64,000 nucleotides of DNA, from contig JBHGNT010000014.1 of NCBI GenBank assembly GCA_043228905.1, positions 7,750,001 through 7,814,000 of the forward strand. Direction: 5' to 3'. The position numbers and the translations under genes were made by a program. The stretch is from Azolla caroliniana. Lineage: Eukaryota > Plantae > Polypodiophyta. Shown here piece after piece: positions 62,011 to 64,000 of the stretch; within the stretch, counting starts at the first letter, position 1; each line of letters begins with the position of its first letter. The notes beneath the pieces were generated by a model. It worked only from the letters and a program-made list of their open reading frames with translations. It had not been told where the DNA came from and did not search any database.

Positions 62011-63400
62011 GGGCATTCGAGGAGTTTTGAAAACCTAAGGGCATCCGAAGAATTTCGAAAAACATGATGGCGTTGTCAAAATTTTAAAAAATCAAAGGGC
62101 ACCTACGAAATGTCGAAAACTCATGAACCTAAAAGAAACAGACGTGATTGACACACAACTCACAAAATCAACAAAAGGAACACACATACATACAACGTTT
62201 TTTTGACGACCCAAATGATGTTACCGAATTTCGTGAACTGACAGAACGGGAATGTTCGTGTCGCAGAAGATTTGCTGACCGACAGAGATGTTCGAGTCAA
62301 GCGCTCCGATCGAGGGAGTCGATCGTTGAGAGGACTGATGGAAATTCCGGTCGAAGAAAAATTATGATCAAGGCATGTGGGATCGACGTGCAAGGCACTC
62401 TCCCACAGGCGTGCCATATTGTGTTACCGTACGAGACGTACGTGTGATTCATAAGTGTGATAAGTGAGATTGAACGATGTAATGCGTTGATATGTATGTG
62501 AGTGTGAATGTAAGTGTGAGTGTGGTGGATACAAAGAGGTGTGAGTAAGTGACTAGGTGTGAATGCCCAAGGGGCTTGCACCCTTGTGGATCTACCCCTT
62601 TGTACCTATTTAACCCCTTATGGGGAATGAATGAAAAGAAATAACCATTTCTCTCTCAATCTCTCTCTCTCTTGTCATCTCTTTCTCCCTCTCTCTCTCT
62701 CCCCTTTAACGTTGAACCCCTTGGGAGGGGGGTGGAGCCATTCTAGGCACCACCCCCCACCCCGCAATGCTTCTCTACATGATCTCTCTCACCATCATAC
62801 TCTCCATCACCATGTTTATCTTCATTAATCTACCATGATTGTTAACCCTATTCCTATCTTTATCATTATCACCATTAACCCTAACCCTAAAACATACAAC
62901 AGTACTGATCCTCCTCTACCTCTAGTACTAATTCCCTCTCCATCTTTAGTACTATTCCTGGCAGTTTGAACCGAATTTCTCTATCTTTTTACTCCTCCCT
63001 TCCTTCATACTAATCCTCTTATCCTTCCTTTCTCCAATACTATGGCAACTGTTAGCGCTCAAGAATATCAATCTATTTTCTCGTAGTTGCAATGCTTGAA
63101 AAAAATGTTTCTCGCATTGGAACAAGAAAATCAATGGTTGTTGGGGGATCTTCAACAAATCTCTTTAGAAAAGCAGCAAACGCAACAGCAACATGGGGAG
63201 CTAGCATTACGCGTTGTTGTGAAGTACGAAAGTTTCACATTAAAAGTCTACAATAAGATGAATACGTAACTAAAATAAAATTTGATAATGTTTTATATAT
63301 AAAGATAATATTAACAACACATATGATAATATTATATATATGTAAAGAAAAATCATATATATATATATAGATAAATATATTATATTACACGAACAAGAGA

Positions 63401-63932
63401 GGACTTGAACCAATAACCCCACCCTATGACTTTCAAATCTTACCATTTACTCTATACTAATAATATATATAAGATAAAGGATTTGCTTCATGATATAAAA
63501 AAAACGTTACATGTTGTATTCAATAATATTTGAGAGACTCGAACCCACAACCTCATATACCAAAGTCAACACACCTACCATTAAGCTAGGTCCTACGTTT
63601 TTTTTAACTATATTTTCATGTTCATTCTTATCCCCATATATTTTTTCATACATGAAAGCTCAAATGAGCGAGATGCCTATCATGCATCACATGCATTTCA
63701 TGCACTACATGCATGACTTGTACCCTCCAATGCATCATATGCATGGGGGCATCTATTTAAATGGGGAAAGAGAAGATCAAAGGGGGAGGGGTATGAGATA
63801 TCAATCAAATATATATTACATAAGAGATACCATAAAATAGAAAAAGAAAGGAAGAAGTTCAACATAAAGGTGGAGCTCTAGCTTGGTGATCGTGATGGTC
63901 AACTTGCAACAAGAGGTAGGCGGTTCGAGTCT
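63401..63932. other. Cluster of three degenerate tRNA-like A/B-box cassettes (63401-63455 minus, 63535-63588 minus, 63879-63932 plus)
   Basis: B-boxes ggttcaagtcc, ggttcgagtct and ggttcgagtct, each ~43 nt from an A-box-like motif (tagcttaatgg is a perfect match). Stems are poorly paired. Confidence 0.55.
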
Positions 63933-64000
63933 TATCTTCATCAAAATATTGAAGTGAAGATTGTTGTGGCCTACTATCAAGAAAGCGAAGAGCGATTATC

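Noticed and set aside
61354-62065. ORFs 61354-61809, 61664-62065 and 61693-62016 as genes
   Set aside because: They are translations of a 54-bp LTR repeat and a GA/CT low-complexity tract.
62008-62125. Three gggca..gaaaa motifs as a Mutator-like terminal repeat
   Set aside because: No partner TIR or TSD is found in the window, and the similarity is weak.
62840-62892. taaccctaaccctaaa as interstitial telomere
   Set aside because: Only about two imperfect units in a low-complexity context.
62148-63269. Short ORFs (62148-62447, 63087-63269) as host exons
   Set aside because: No recognisable domain or supported splice structure. They cannot be excluded without transcript data.
63401-63932. Functional tRNA genes
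   Set aside because: A/B boxes are present but acceptor and anticodon stems do not pair. The same holds for the cassettes at 6007, 34732 and 55392.

Overview
The window is almost entirely decayed, nested transposable-element DNA from a land plant. This rests on TTTAGGG repeats, tRNA-iMet primer sites and plant-type copia/gypsy/LINE proteins; the element types suggest a non-seed plant such as a moss or fern, which is inference. No intact host gene is visible. I resolve 11 Ty1/copia copies (two complete with LTR pairs and 5-bp TSDs), three Ty3/gypsy copies (one complete, 20440-30858, with a large extra ORF), three LINE remnants, several solo or orphan LTRs and a 296-bp TIR element with a 4-bp TSD. 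Nesting reaches five layers. The most interesting signals are: (1) the complete gypsy element has no typical PPT, and in its place carries a tRNA-3'-half-like sequence complementary to its own PBS; (2) two unrelated gypsy LTR families carry outward-facing tRNA-like A/B-box cassettes in U3, and one family also has long perfect heat-shock-element arrays; (3) a copia lineage has a duplicated PPT, a conserved pol C-terminal extension and a conserved PPT-enclosing hairpin; (4) telomere repeats sit exactly at a break between two copia elements; (5) there is a possible Sola2-type MITE and RTE-X-like LINEs. All boundaries were read by eye and may be off by a few bases. Lineage names come from remembered motifs, not database searches.
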